Made by a program: the position numbers and the translations under genes. A stretch of 64,000 nt of DNA from Antedon mediterranea (Eukaryota; Animalia; Echinodermata): assembly GCF_964355755.1 (NCBI RefSeq), contig NC_092674.1, forward strand, positions 28,210,001-28,274,000. Direction: 5' to 3'. This document shows, in pieces, positions 1-13,500 of this stretch. The notes beneath the pieces are model-generated. The model was not told where the DNA came from. It was given only the letters and a program-made list of their open reading frames with translations, and did no database searches. Within the stretch, counting starts at the first letter, position 1, and each line of letters starts with the position of its first letter.

Positions 1-1340
1 AAATCCCTGTACTATAGTACAGAGAAATTTCCGAAAAATGGCCGATTTTCGACCCTTTTTTTTGTTGACATAAATGGTTACTATAGCATAATAAACATGC
101 GTAGAGTCGAATAATGTGTTTTGCGCATGTCAATTGTGCTATAATAACCACTTTTGACATAAATGGTTACCATAGCATAATAAACATGCGCAGAGTCGAC
201 TAATGGGTTCTGCACATGTTAATCGAAAAATAAAAAGGTCGAAAATCGGACATTTTTTGAAAAAATCCCTGTACTAGTACAGGGAAATTTCCGAAAAATG
301 GCCGATTTTCGATCCTTTTTTTTTTGTACATAAATGGTTACTAATAGCATAATAAACATGCGTAGAGTCGAATAATGGGTTCTGCGCATGTCAATTGTGC
401 TATCATAACCACTTTTGACATAAATGGTTACTATACCATAATAAACATGCGCAGAGTCGACTAATGGGTTCTGCGCATGTTACTATAGTAACCAGTTTTA
501 TCGAAAAATAAAGTTTTTGTGGTAAATGTGATTGCTAGCAATGTATATACGGTATGTCTGTAGGCCTACAATTATAATAAAAGGTGTCATTATTATTACA
601 TATATTGCGCAGAGACGAATAATGGTTCTGCACATGTCAATTGTGCTATAGTAACCACTTTTGACATAAATATATAAATATATGTTATATATAAAGTTGT
701 CCCATGACACTATAGGATGATGATATGACACTATATGTGCACATATAGTAATATTAGTGCATATTAATTAGATTTTAAAAAGGTCGAAATTTGTGCATTT
801 TGCAATTTTTTTGAAAAATGACCAAATTTCGACCTTTTTATTTTTCGACATAAAGTGGTCCCATGACACTGTAAGATAATGATATGACTATATGTGCACA
901 TACTTCAGGGATTTTTTTCCAAAATTTAGACCTTTTTTTTCCGACTGGTTACTATATCAAAAATAGGCATGCGCAGACACACATTATGTGCCAAATTTTA
1001 ACCCTTTTATATTTTTACATAATTAGTTACTAATAATAATTTGGCATGCTTAGACCTTAATGTTTTTAAAAGTTGATATTTTCGAAACATAATCCATGTA
1101 GAGGGATATTTTTACAGTCAAATTTCGACCTTTTTATTTGTTGACATTAATTGGTTACTATATCACACTACATGTTCTGTGCATGTTACCTCCATATATA
1201 TATAGAGTGCAATTTATATATATATATTTTTAAAAGTCAACATTTAAAAAAAAATTGTGGAAAATGACGAAATTTCGACCCTTTTATTTTCTGACAAACT
1301 GGTTACTGTATCATAATTTGACATTTTTTGGACATAAATG
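1..1340. repeat. Complex tandem/inverted repeat array (degenerating rightwards)
   Basis: Recurring blocks gacataaatggttactatagcataataaacatgcgcagagtcgactaatgggttctgcgcatgt and aaatttcgaccttttt. The block starting aaatccctgtac at 1 recurs at ~262. Internal palindromes such as tccctgtactagtacaggga. Continues off the left edge. Confidence 0.8.
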
Positions 1341-1515
1341 GCTACGATGGCTCTATAAAAGAGCGATAAAAATATACAAATAAATTCAATAACTTTACTA
1401 TTGTTTATTAGCCGTAGAAGCCTTGAAACAATATTTTTCAAAAACACAGTTTTTGACTGCAGAATGCTGGACTATTATAAAGTATCAAATAATAGACAAT
1501 GGCCTTTCTGATTGC

Positions 1516-4500
1516 TTATGTTTTTAACTTCTTTGGTGGGGGCTCAGTAACATCAGCTGAATCAACGCTGAAACCTGACACCTGGATGAACACCATTTGA
1601 AAAGAAACAAACAATATATTAATACTATGTGCATTAAGTTTACACTCATTTAAAGCTCTGTCTACACTATCAAACAAAATAAGCGTAATATGCCCACATA
1701 TGGTAGTGATATGCCACATAAAGTTTGATAGTGTAGACAGAGCTTAACAAAATATGTGCCAATTAAAAATAAATAAATGTGCCCATGAAAAAAAAATAAA
1801 TGTGCCAATTTTTTTTTTAAATGTGACCATTTAAAAAAAAAACCCAAAAATATGGACTTAGTTTACATTACAAAAACATACTCTCAAAACTTTAATATAT
1901 GAAGTAATAAGCCAATAAGCTTACCTTGGGTTTTACTAGCTTCAGCATTAACTTTTGATGCTGTACATCTGATGCATTGATGCTTAACTGGACAGTAACA
2001 GGATCAAACATATGTAACGACACATCACCAGCAGTTTGGCTTTGCTCCTAAAGAGAAAAACAAACATAGTAATCAGAATCTTGATTCAAGTAATTGGTTG
2101 CACTTTCCCATTGAAGCATAGAAATAAGTGGGTTTGTGTTAAGGCCAACATTGTATGACGAGGTCCGACAAGTCATCTCATCAAGATTCAACTTGGACAG
2201 CACTAACAAGATGATATCGTCAGGCCTCGTTGTACAACGCTGTCTGTGTTGGTTTTTATATTGAAGCTCTGTATACAAACATGTGACAAAAAAATATATT
2301 GGAAACTAGTTTGATAGTGTAGACTGAGCTTTAAGTAATAAAATAGTTTACCTCTTCATTGTAAGTAAATAAACTTGATGCAGTTTTGTCTTCAGGCTTC
2401 AAAAACAAGGTGCCTTCTAAACCATATTTTGGGATGAAAACCTGCAGAGCATTCTTTCTGACAAACATTACATAGCCTTCCTCATCCTCCTGTTTGTTCT
2501 TGAAGAATATCTGAGAAAGAAAGAAAATAAATGAAATGAGTTTTCATTGTCTACACTATCAAAGGAGTGGAGTTGTGACTTGGTGGTTATGATACATAGC
2601 TATCACTTTAAGGGCAGGATTTTTTTTAAGGACAAAATTACAACTCCACTCCAAAAGACTTGTAATAAGACTTTGTATATGTTTGTCTAGTGAACCTCTG
2701 AGGGTCCCTAATGATCAGCAATTGCTGGATGGATCACCCATATTAAATATGGTTAAAAAAAACCAAAAAAACTAGGTAGTTTGACAAAAAAATGTGATGT
2801 TCCTAATATGGTAGTGATATGAGATCATCATGTCCATATATGGGCACATCACATTTTTTTGTCGCATAAAGTTTGATAGTGTGGACAGAGCTTTAGGGTT
2901 GGTGTACCCTTACGTGTTATTTACCTGTGTGTGTAATCCAACTGAAGCCCTACCAGCATACTGCGCCATTCGATGACGATAGTTGAGATTATTGCATATA
3001 GCTTGGATCTTATTCTTTTGTAGAAGATCTGGATAAGACTTATCAGCTCTTATACACACTGCCAGCATACGATGCACCATTAAATCAGAATACCTGTTTA
3101 TAGAGGAAATCATCAAATTTATCTACTGTAGTTACTGCAGTAACTATCTTTTTACAGTAACAACGTATGTTTTAGTTTGTTTTAAGGTCTATGAACAAAA
3201 CTTATTCTTATTTGGTTATGTTTTATTTTTGTCGCCATATATCATATAAACTCCAAAATAATTTTACCTTCTAATGGGTGACGTGAAGTGAGTATAAATT
3301 GGAGCTGCTAAACCAAAGTGGTGGTATTCTAACTCGGGAAGTGTTCCACTACTAAAATATAACGCTTGTGTCATGCAACGAGTCGTCATCATTCGTAGTA
3401 ATGTGTTGAAATACGGTATTTCCGGATTGACAGCCTTGTCTAAAGAATCTGATAAGGCTTTACCGCTGTCGATCACTATCGTGAAACCCTGTAGAAAAAG
3501 CATAACAATTATTAAACAAGAAGCTTAAATGGGCACGAAAAATTATAAAAATTAATAGTTATAATTATATTCATGTAAGAGTTTTTAAGTAATCTGATTG
3601 GGTGGTGATGATGGAGTTTCAAGGCAGTAACAAGAATTTTAAAACAGACGAGGTAAAAATTCTTTAAATATAATTTGTGAGTGGTGAAAATTGAACGCCT
3701 CGTCTGCCTCTTGTTGGCTACGGCCCGGAGTTTGACATTAGTAAGTACAGGTTATAGTCACTGCTTTAAGATCAAACTGTAAACTTTCTTCAAGTATAAG
3801 GTAAGTAGGCTATGTATTCAATTTATAAATTTATTTAAAAAAATAAAAGTCAATAAAAATAAATGCAAACTTCACCATAGATTTTGCAGCTTTGATAATT
3901 GTGTCAAAGTTTGAAGGTGATGGGACCGGATGTCGACGTAACAGAGCACATTCCGGAAAACTTTGCAATATACGTTTTGCAACTGAGATGTTTGCCAGCA
4001 ACATGAATTCCTCAACCATTGAATTGGTATCTCTATGAAAGATGAGAAATATATCAAAATGAGAGTAAACTACAAGCTGCCTTACTGCATGGTAACTTTT
4101 TCCTAATGCCTCCATTCTCTGCCGAAAGGAGTGGCACAAAACTTTGGACTATCTTGAAAATAAAAAATGCAGAATATGTTTACATATAGTACTTTGATCT
4201 TCTCAGCTTGTATTTATTGGAAAAATATAAATTATTGATGACATACCTCATTTCCTTTGCTTGTACGTCGATTGGGTCGTGTGTCTCTGAGTCGATGTTA
4301 AAACGTATTTCAGCAGATGCTAATGTTAAAGCACTGTGAAGAGAATATCACTGACTTAGTTTTTGCAAAGGATGGGAACATTATTTACAAAGACTAAAGC
4401 TCTGTTTACACTATCAAACTTTACGCAAACCACCCATCCGCTCCACATTGTGTGTCATAAGGAACATAACATAGATTCTATATTTTTATTACCGTTACCA

Positions 4501-7500
4501 CTCTTCTGTGTAAATTGGTCTTTAAGCTCAGGTTTGATCTCTAGGCAATACAGTGCAATCTACTGGATGTGATGTGTTCAAATTATGCACATCAACAGTA
4601 ACAAATTAAAGGTTTATGTTACATACCCATTATCCATTCTTCCTCTTTTCAGAATCTTAGCTAATTTGTTTAGATTCCGTAAACTTTCTGTCAACGGATC
4701 TGTTTGTGATTTATCATCGATCTTGAGTTGTGCTTGCTCATATGTATAGGCACTCTGAAAAATAACATGATTAAAAGATTATTATTATTAATAAACAAGA
4801 AATATTTCTTACAAAAAACGCTGCTTGCTTATTGAAAAATATTTTTTATTTCAAATGTTTTTGAATGTGTCATTTTATTGTCACATAATAGTTATTTTAC
4901 CTGAAAAAATGTAATTTAAAGCAACAAATACTTAAATTGTCTGTCAGACAATGGTTTTTGGGTTTCTTTTCTTTTTTTATATGTGAATAAATATTATTTT
5001 TTTGTTACAGAAGTGAATAATCAATTTCTGTCACTTTAGTTAATTTTATTGCTAAGGTCAAATCTGGGGGTCACTTCATCACCCTAGATATTTCAATTGT
5101 GAAGTATCCTATTACAAACACAAACTTTAATGGACTGTTTTGATAATAATTCAATGAATATCTGACAGTGAATATACCAGAAATGCTTAGGGATTTGTAA
5201 TTTTAGCATGACATGTCCTAATAGACTCTTTCCCAGACGTTTTTTGGGTCTACTGTAGCAGCTGGAATCAATAAATCATAGTGGAGTTTCCATTTTCACA
5301 AAACTGTCTGTCCTTAGAACTATAACTGCTGCTTGCTTTAGCTTCTGATTGAGTAGTCCTAATGGGACGTAGCGGGCTAGAGCAGCAGCGTGAAAAAAAA
5401 TTGTTATTATGTTACATAAAGGCACTCTGAAATACAATAACAGATGAAAATTCAAATATATTTAAGCAAAAAGCTAAATCAAAACGATAAAGTAAAACAG
5501 CCAAAAAGAAATGCCAAGCTTTTGGAAAACACTATTATTTTTCAGGGCAGTTCTTGGAGATATAAAGTAGATATGAGCTGGATGAGTGGAGTGGAAAGTA
5601 GAACAAACGAGGCACAGACTGGTGATGGTATATTACATTTACATAAAAATTGATAATCATTTTACTATAAATCCCCTTGTTCCCCTAATCCCCAATATGA
5701 AATATTTACCCTTGAGTTAATAACACTCTTGCAAAACCTTGTAGAAACGATCTCTGCGTCTTTCGTCACCTCCCAAAGACATGAGAATGCGAAGCGTTCT
5801 TCCTTCTCCCGTAATGAACATAGATTTGAACTCAGAAGGTCAGGAACCATGTCGATTCTCTAAATATACAAAAACAGGTTATGATCAAACAAATCGTAAA
5901 AAAATATAAAAAGAGGTTAAGCTATAAAAAAGCATTCCAGACACAAAATAATCTCAAAATAAAAGTACTTTTTTAATAGCAGATCCATGCAGAAACGTTG
6001 CATCTATATTGTAAGATAGTACACAAGACTGTAACAATATGGAGTCTGTAACCCGATGCCATGAAACAAGATGGTGTCCACAACAACCAAGTTGTCTAAA
6101 TTTTCTCTATAAAACAATACTCTTTATTAGTCAATTATACCTTGTCCACTAGATAGACCGTTGTTCCTCTGTTAGCTGCCTCATCATCTAAAGCATTGCC
6201 TGGCTTAATAAAGTGACTCACATCTGCAATATGAACGCCAACCTGAAACAAATAATTGTTAGTTTTCATCATCATTAAATTACAGTCTCAATCTAAAATT
6301 GTATTAAAAAAAACCACTAAAGATACCTTTAACATTAGGTCAAGAAGTACGTAGGTAATTAACCTATCCAGGGCAGTCCAGGGTAATCTCCCAGACATGC
6401 TGCTTGTAAACAAATTACAATATGAAGGTTTGTTTTCAATAACATGAAATTTGGAATTACCAGAGCAAAGGAATGATGAACGAAAACCATAGTCAATACT
6501 TTCTATTGCCTATGAGGAAACTAATGTTTACCTCAAAATGACCGTTCTCTAATTTTCTACAATGTAAGGCATCGTCAATATCAGTACAGCCCGGTGGATC
6601 AACACTGCATATGTCAAGATGACGCAAATCTTCACGACTATCGTAATCCTAAAAAAAAAAAAAAATAGGATAATGAAAAGTGTTTTTACTACCACAGCGG
6701 GAAACATAGACAAAGGGCTGCAATACATTTATAACATAGATGAAATAATATAACTCAATTATTGAGGATATTTTATAATTTTAAATTTTTAAGTGAAATT
6801 TCTAGTTTTGGATCTGATCTTTCGACTAGTGAAAACGATTTCTTGTTAATTCTGAAAGATTTGTTATCTGAGCAACTTGAAGCTCAGGTGGTTTCACCAT
6901 GTTTATGCAAATTTTAATCAATGTTATGTTGAATTTTTTCAACAAAAGAAGTTTCCATTATTATTATTATTATTATAATAAAGGGTAGTATATATAATAA
7001 ATGTATTGGATATTATTTTCATCATACCATCATATATTTATGTGTTAAAATGCAGGTAAAAGCACGGTCCAAACATGTTTCTGTATCGAAGCTCTTATAA
7101 TTTTTATTCATTTTGAGAGAATCAAACAGTACATTCATAAAATAATGTAATCATTTAATAGTCACAGTGAAAAACACATTGCTACCTCTTGTGTGATGGT
7201 CCAAGGAAGTTTTGGCAAAAAGCTTAGAACGTTTGATGAAAACACTTCATGCGGGATGTCGTGCTCGAGTAGAAGAACTTGGTTCTCTGTTTCACGATCT
7301 CCTACTTCACCAAGCTTCTTTACATAGTGACCCTACAACATCAATAGTACAATATAAATGAGCAGAAAGCCATAAAATAACAATTTAAACATAAAATGGA
7401 ATTAGGCGGAATTTAAGGACATATAAAATGAATTTGGAAATTCTAGAGAAACTAAGCTTGGGTGCAGGCAAACCCCGAAACCCAGGAATGCACTTTTTGT

Positions 7501-10500
7501 ATGTGCATATGCAGTACATAAAATCATAGTGAACACCAATTTGGGATTGAGTTAGGTACAGTGAGATGTTGCGAGGTGAAAACCTGGTTTGAACTAATGA
7601 CCCTGGATTGGAAGTGAAGAAGTACTTACTAAAGGATATTTAAATTCCTAGGTCAGCTGTCTATAGACACTACTAGTCTACATCCAAGTAGTGATTCCGC
7701 TTGCTTTGTTTCTATTTATACTTACTAAAGGGTATCTAGAATTCCTAGGCCAACTGTCTATAGACACTACTTGCCTACATCCACGTAGCGATTCCTCTTG
7801 CCTTGTTTCTATTCATACTTACTAAAGGGTATCTAGAATTCCTAGGCCAACTGTCTATAGACACTACTTTTCTACATCCAAGTAGCAATTCCTCTTGCCT
7901 TGTTTCTATTCATACTTACTAAAGGGTATCTAGAATTCCTAGGCCAGCTGTCTATAGACACTACTAGTCTACATCCAAGTAATGTTTCTGCTTGCCTTGT
8001 TTCTATTCGTACTTTTGGTATTCGTTTCTCAGCTGCTATAAACAAACGCCTCGTGCTCTAAAGAGAAAACAATTAAAATTATAAAATGCTAAAATGATAA
8101 ACTTTATTATGCTCTGTCTACACCATCAAACTTTATGTGAAAAAATAAATGTAATGTGCCCATATATGGACATGATGATGTTATACGGCTTTACCACGTT
8201 GAAACACCGGTTCTCGTCAGATCACCGAAGTTAAGCGACGTTGGGTCTGGTTAGAGCTTGGATGGGAGACCATCTGGGAAAAACGGGTGCTGTATACGGA
8301 GCTGGGGTCCCGTTAGGCATTTGAAATCAGCACTGCTGACTCTTATGGCAGCCCCTGCATCTAGTATCTGCCTCAGACCTCTGGTCAAGGTGGGCACTGG
8401 ACGAGAGAAGCCCTTGATCAATGTTAGGACCAATCAAGGTGCTTTAAACAGTCCTGGCTTTGTTTGTATCAAAACCTAATTATCGCTGCTGGTTTCGATT
8501 GAATAAAATAAAAAAATAAAAAATAAAATAAAATATTACTACCATATTTGGGCACATCACATTTTTTTTATATTGTAGACAGAGATTTACGTAATATTAA
8601 ATTAACTAGCTCCAAGACACATAAATTGGTATGGTATAATCTAGCACTCACTCCTTTCAGTAACGATTGTTGTAATATTCCGCAGTACGGGCGCCAGTTG
8701 CGTTTGATTATACCAATGACTTTCCCAGTTGGTTCTCTGAGTTCTTTTCTCACCGGATTTTTTTTCCCATCAGGTTCCTGTAGGAAAGAAAGAATAAGGT
8801 AGGCTAAAGGATTAAAATAAATATAAATTGGTAACAGAAATTAAAACACGCCGATATAATCAATATATATATATCAAGTTTAAAAATTGATAATTATGTA
8901 TAGAAACCATAAAAACCAGAAAGAAAGGCAAGACAGCATACTTACACTTTCAAAGTCATCATCATTAAATTCATCTTTCTTTGAGTTATCCACCATTACT
9001 AGTGATGATGGACAAGTCCAGTCATCTTCTGGTAACATCTCTATAGCAACAACATCACCATGAACAGAACGATTCAAATGGGACAAACCCTTGATAAATA
9101 CCTTTAGATATAATGAGAGAAAAAAAGAACAAAATTATGAAATTGGTAATTATATTGTGCAGATTTTGGTAAAGTTCCATAACTTTTTTAGCTGTTTAAT
9201 GACACATATGAACCAACCTTATATTTAAAAAAAAAATGTTTTAAGTATTTTATAGTCCTCGAGCATAAACTGAGAAGATTGAGATTAGGCCCTCTACAAA
9301 CCCACGGCAGCCAGTTGTGCAGCGCATACCAGGGAGACGATCCTTTCTTTTTCAATTAGTGTACTAAGTTATTTAAAATGCACTATATTTACACGGGACC
9401 AACGGCTTTACGTCCCATCGGAAGGACAAGGCAATGAGAGTAGAATACAATCAGTATGGTACAGATAGATTTGAACCCATGCCTTTCAAATCCATAACAA
9501 CATTACTCACTGCTTTATCTTGGTCCTGGACGTTTACACTTCCTTCTTTGTAATTTTCTCTGCTTGCGTGAAACGTTCCTTGCAGGTACTTGCCGGATTT
9601 GATGCCAGCGTGAAGCTCACTAGATACAACATATTCAGGAAACATTACCTTTCCTTGTACCATAATATCTGCATTTACCTTTAAGAGAGTCATAATCCAT
9701 GTAAACGCTATAATTTGTAAGTAAGTTTGTATAAGTAATATTTATTGCTTTCAAAACCAGTTTATTATTTAAACAATTTATAAAACAGCATAATATATGA
9801 AACATAGAATAATACAACTATTTATATATAAGAAATTAAAAATAGAAAGTAGGGGATGGCTTGATTCCTAATATAAGGGGTCCAAGGTACTTTACCACTG
9901 GATTTAAAACTAAACTATATTCTTGGACAAACTTAGTTATTTTGTACAGAACTAGAGTCTTTTTAGAGTACCATTATTCGGGGGCGGATCCACAGGGTAG
10001 CGCAAGTGGCGATGTGGTGTCCACGTGGACCTACTTCATAGGTGCTGATCATCATAAACATTTTGTTAAACTTGCTTTATAGTTTTTAAGTATATTGCTT
10101 AACATAAAAAACAACTGCATACAAAATTGAAATGTCATTTTCTTTACCTTATCCATTTTATGTTCATTATCAGTAATCAGAGCCAACCTATCAACCAGTT
10201 CTGGTTTACCAGTCAATGACTTGACATACTCATGAACTATGAAAGAAAAACAAGTGTTAGGGATATTACATAACCTAGCAAAACTCTATGGAGTTTACAC
10301 ACACCAGGACAGGGTATTGCTTTTCGTACATACAGAGTTGGGGACACCTCATGAAACGTCACAAAATAAACATAAATATTTATTAGTCATATCCATAAGG
10401 TGTGACGTAAGAATTGTGCTAACTACAATTCACTAATGCAAATTCCTTCCATTGAGCAGTCGGTGTAGTCGAGTGGATTAGACTATAGACTTTACATGTC

Positions 10501-13500
10501 AATGTATGGGGTTCAAATCCCATGAGCAACTTCTTTTTACTTTATAGTGAGAGAGATTATGTAGAGGCTTAAGTTTAGTTATATTAAGGAAGTAGTTTGG
10601 CTATTTTTCACATAAGGGATCCCCAACTTATGTACGAAAAATAAAATTGCCACCAGGGCATCAACACCGGCATTTTGTATGGTGTGTGCCTCGGTGTGTA
10701 AATTAAAGTTTTGTTTATAATAGTGGATGTTTTAACAAGGGGTATTGACAAATACCTTTCACTTTTAACCTTTATACATACCCTGTTCAGACTACAGTAC
10801 AGTTTTGCCTATACTTTGTCCATTTAGATATCATGTTACAATAAAAAGTTTAATTTCTTTTACCTATATAAAAATGAGGCATTTATTGCTTTCTGTATTT
10901 TACTGAATTTTTGTTAAAAACTTTTTTTTTATCAGGTTTTTTTTCTTTTTAATCTTTTTCACAACCTCACACATTGACAACTGACTCTTTAATTTTTTGA
11001 CAACCTCTACAACTCCAGACAAGTTTTATGTAATATTTGCCTTCCTCTCCCAAAGTTCAGAGTTCAAGACATTATACAAAACATTGTAATTAATTAGTTT
11101 CTTGTACTGTAATTGCTAATTGAAACCATTATAGCAGTTTAGATTGCTTTTGCTGAAAGACAGTAGACGAGGGGAAGAATGTTAGGTCGCTCAAATACTG
11201 TCCAAATAATGAATGAAAGGGTGTATACTGGGCTTATAGGCATGTGCAGAGCACCATCTCCTTCGCCTACTGTCTCAAAAGAAAGACTTGCTATAATCAG
11301 AAGCAGTTGATTACTTGTATAAGCCTGCAGTCCATCCTCAACTGCTTTTTCTCTATTGGCCTGATCATTCGTTAGAAGAATGACTTGAACCTGGTCCTGT
11401 TGATGATCAGGATGACGCTTGCACCCTTCCAGATGACCATTGAACCAGCTGGTAGCCTTTCTGATGGCACGGTCATTATAATCATTTGGACTTTCTCCAC
11501 CTTCTCTTTCTATATAGGTGTCTCTAAAATATAAATATTATATAAAAAAAACATAGTAAAATTTAAGAGAAATTGAAAGTTTATTCTTAATAGTAAGTTT
11601 ACTAATACCATCATCAACATATTTTCAGTTTCTGTTGTATTTTTCAATAAAGTAATTATAATAATAAAAGAATAGCTTTTTACCGGAGTCTCAAAGCGCA
11701 ACAGGAAAAGAATAACTATTGAAATAGGTGAGTTTTCAGGAGAGATTTAAATTGAGGAGATAGAGTGTTGGAACTGATGGAACCAGGAAGTTGGTTCCAG
11801 ATCTCTGGTGCCTGAGAAAAGGAACTCTTAGGCACGAACATTAGTTCTAGGTGGTGCTAACATAAGAGGATCCGTTTGATCAGCATGAAGACATACATTA
11901 GAAGGTTTAATGTAATGTTTATAAATTATTGGGTGGAATTATTTTTTATATGTAAATAGAAAGGCCAAGGGGTTAAAATTAAAAAAACAAAAAACAAAAA
12001 AATTTAGATTTAACAGTGGTCCTTAAACAGAGACCTAAAATAGAGACCTAAAATACTAGAGACTGCTTCAATATATTTGAGTTGAAACTACCTGCCAGGT
12101 GTTATAATATACACAGACATAATGTATTTTACAATCAACCAACTTCCTGTGTTTTATCATACAACACTCAATAACGTTAACAGCTTCCGATAATTACACG
12201 TTTTATCAACATCGCCAAGTAGGACAAAACATTGATTTATAATTTAAAATAAATATGTTTTTAAGTTCCTCTTGAATAAAACCATGCAGAAAAAAAAATT
12301 ACTTTTTCCTCCATGATAAAACCAATTATGTCTACCTTTGGCTACAATACATGCCAAAATAGAACTTGGATCATTTTCTTTTATTAGGAATTAATATGTT
12401 TGCTGGTACGGCATCGGGCGTTGACAAATGCCAATTTATAAGCAATATCAAACTTAGTAATACTAATAGCTGTAGAAACCTAATTTAAAGATATATTGTC
12501 CCTCTAAAAATAATTATTTTTTTAATATACCATGTCACATAATAGTTAATCACTTTGACCAAAAATTGGATAAAAAAAATGTAATTTAAAGCAAAACATA
12601 CTTAAATTGTCTGTTGTTTTTGGTTAAAATTAAACATTTCTTTTGTCCTTTTTATATTAAGTGTAAAATGTTTATTTTTTTTTACAGAAGTGAATTAAAA
12701 CTGCAAAATGGTCTATTTAGAGTATGATTTTATTAATCTATATTTTTATGTTTTTGGGGGATAATAAAAAAAAACTTTTCCTTACTTGTGGTGTTCATTT
12801 GTAAAAACATAAAATCGCTTCTCTTTGTTGGCAATAATATCTTTTATTCTTTTGTATGCTGGTAAACTTCTATGCTTAACCTAAAAAAAATAATTATAAA
12901 TTAGAGCATTACAAATGTCCATACAGGTAATAAAAGAGCTCCAGGTAAAAAAAAATCATGTAGACCACTTTATAAAGCTATCAAATTAGTTTGACAAAAA
13001 AAGTGTGATGTGCCCAAATATGGTAGTAACAATATGCCCAAATATGGTAATGATTACATCATTATGTCCATATATGGGAATATCACACAGACAGAGCTTT
13101 TAAAGGCGCTTATTTCATGATGTTCATTCTGCTGACAAAAGTTATAATATAACCTCACTTATTTTTTAAAATCATTAATGTTGAAAAGGTTTATATTTAT
13201 ACTAAATACCCTTTAAAATGATTATGAGAGAATAAGTGGGGTTGTAATATAACCCCACTTATTTTTACTCGGGGTACCCGAGTCTAGGACTTGCTCATTT
13301 TCTCCTCCTCCTCCATCTGGACACTATTGAGTAAAAAGTGCGATTTTTAAAGTACTACTCCTCCCTTTATTAGTTGTAGTATTGAGCTCGGATTTAGCAT
13401 GAATATACTACAGGGACATGTCCTCTAAGTTATAGAGCCGGATTTTTTAATTTCAAACCGGATGCAGCCATATATCACGTCTCGAAGATGGTACCGTATA

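Noticed and set aside
7623-7919. Mutually exclusive duplicated DIS3 exons
   Set aside because: Units lack the acceptor and 5' part of exon 9 and are 96-97 bp with an in-frame stop on read-through
8181-8297. Functional 5S rRNA gene
   Set aside because: Single copy with substitutions in conserved boxes, no oligo-T terminator, fused to a body and A-rich tail, and inserted in a MITE
10455-10530. tRNA gene
   Set aside because: A and B boxes are present but there is no complete cloverleaf; treated as a SINE head
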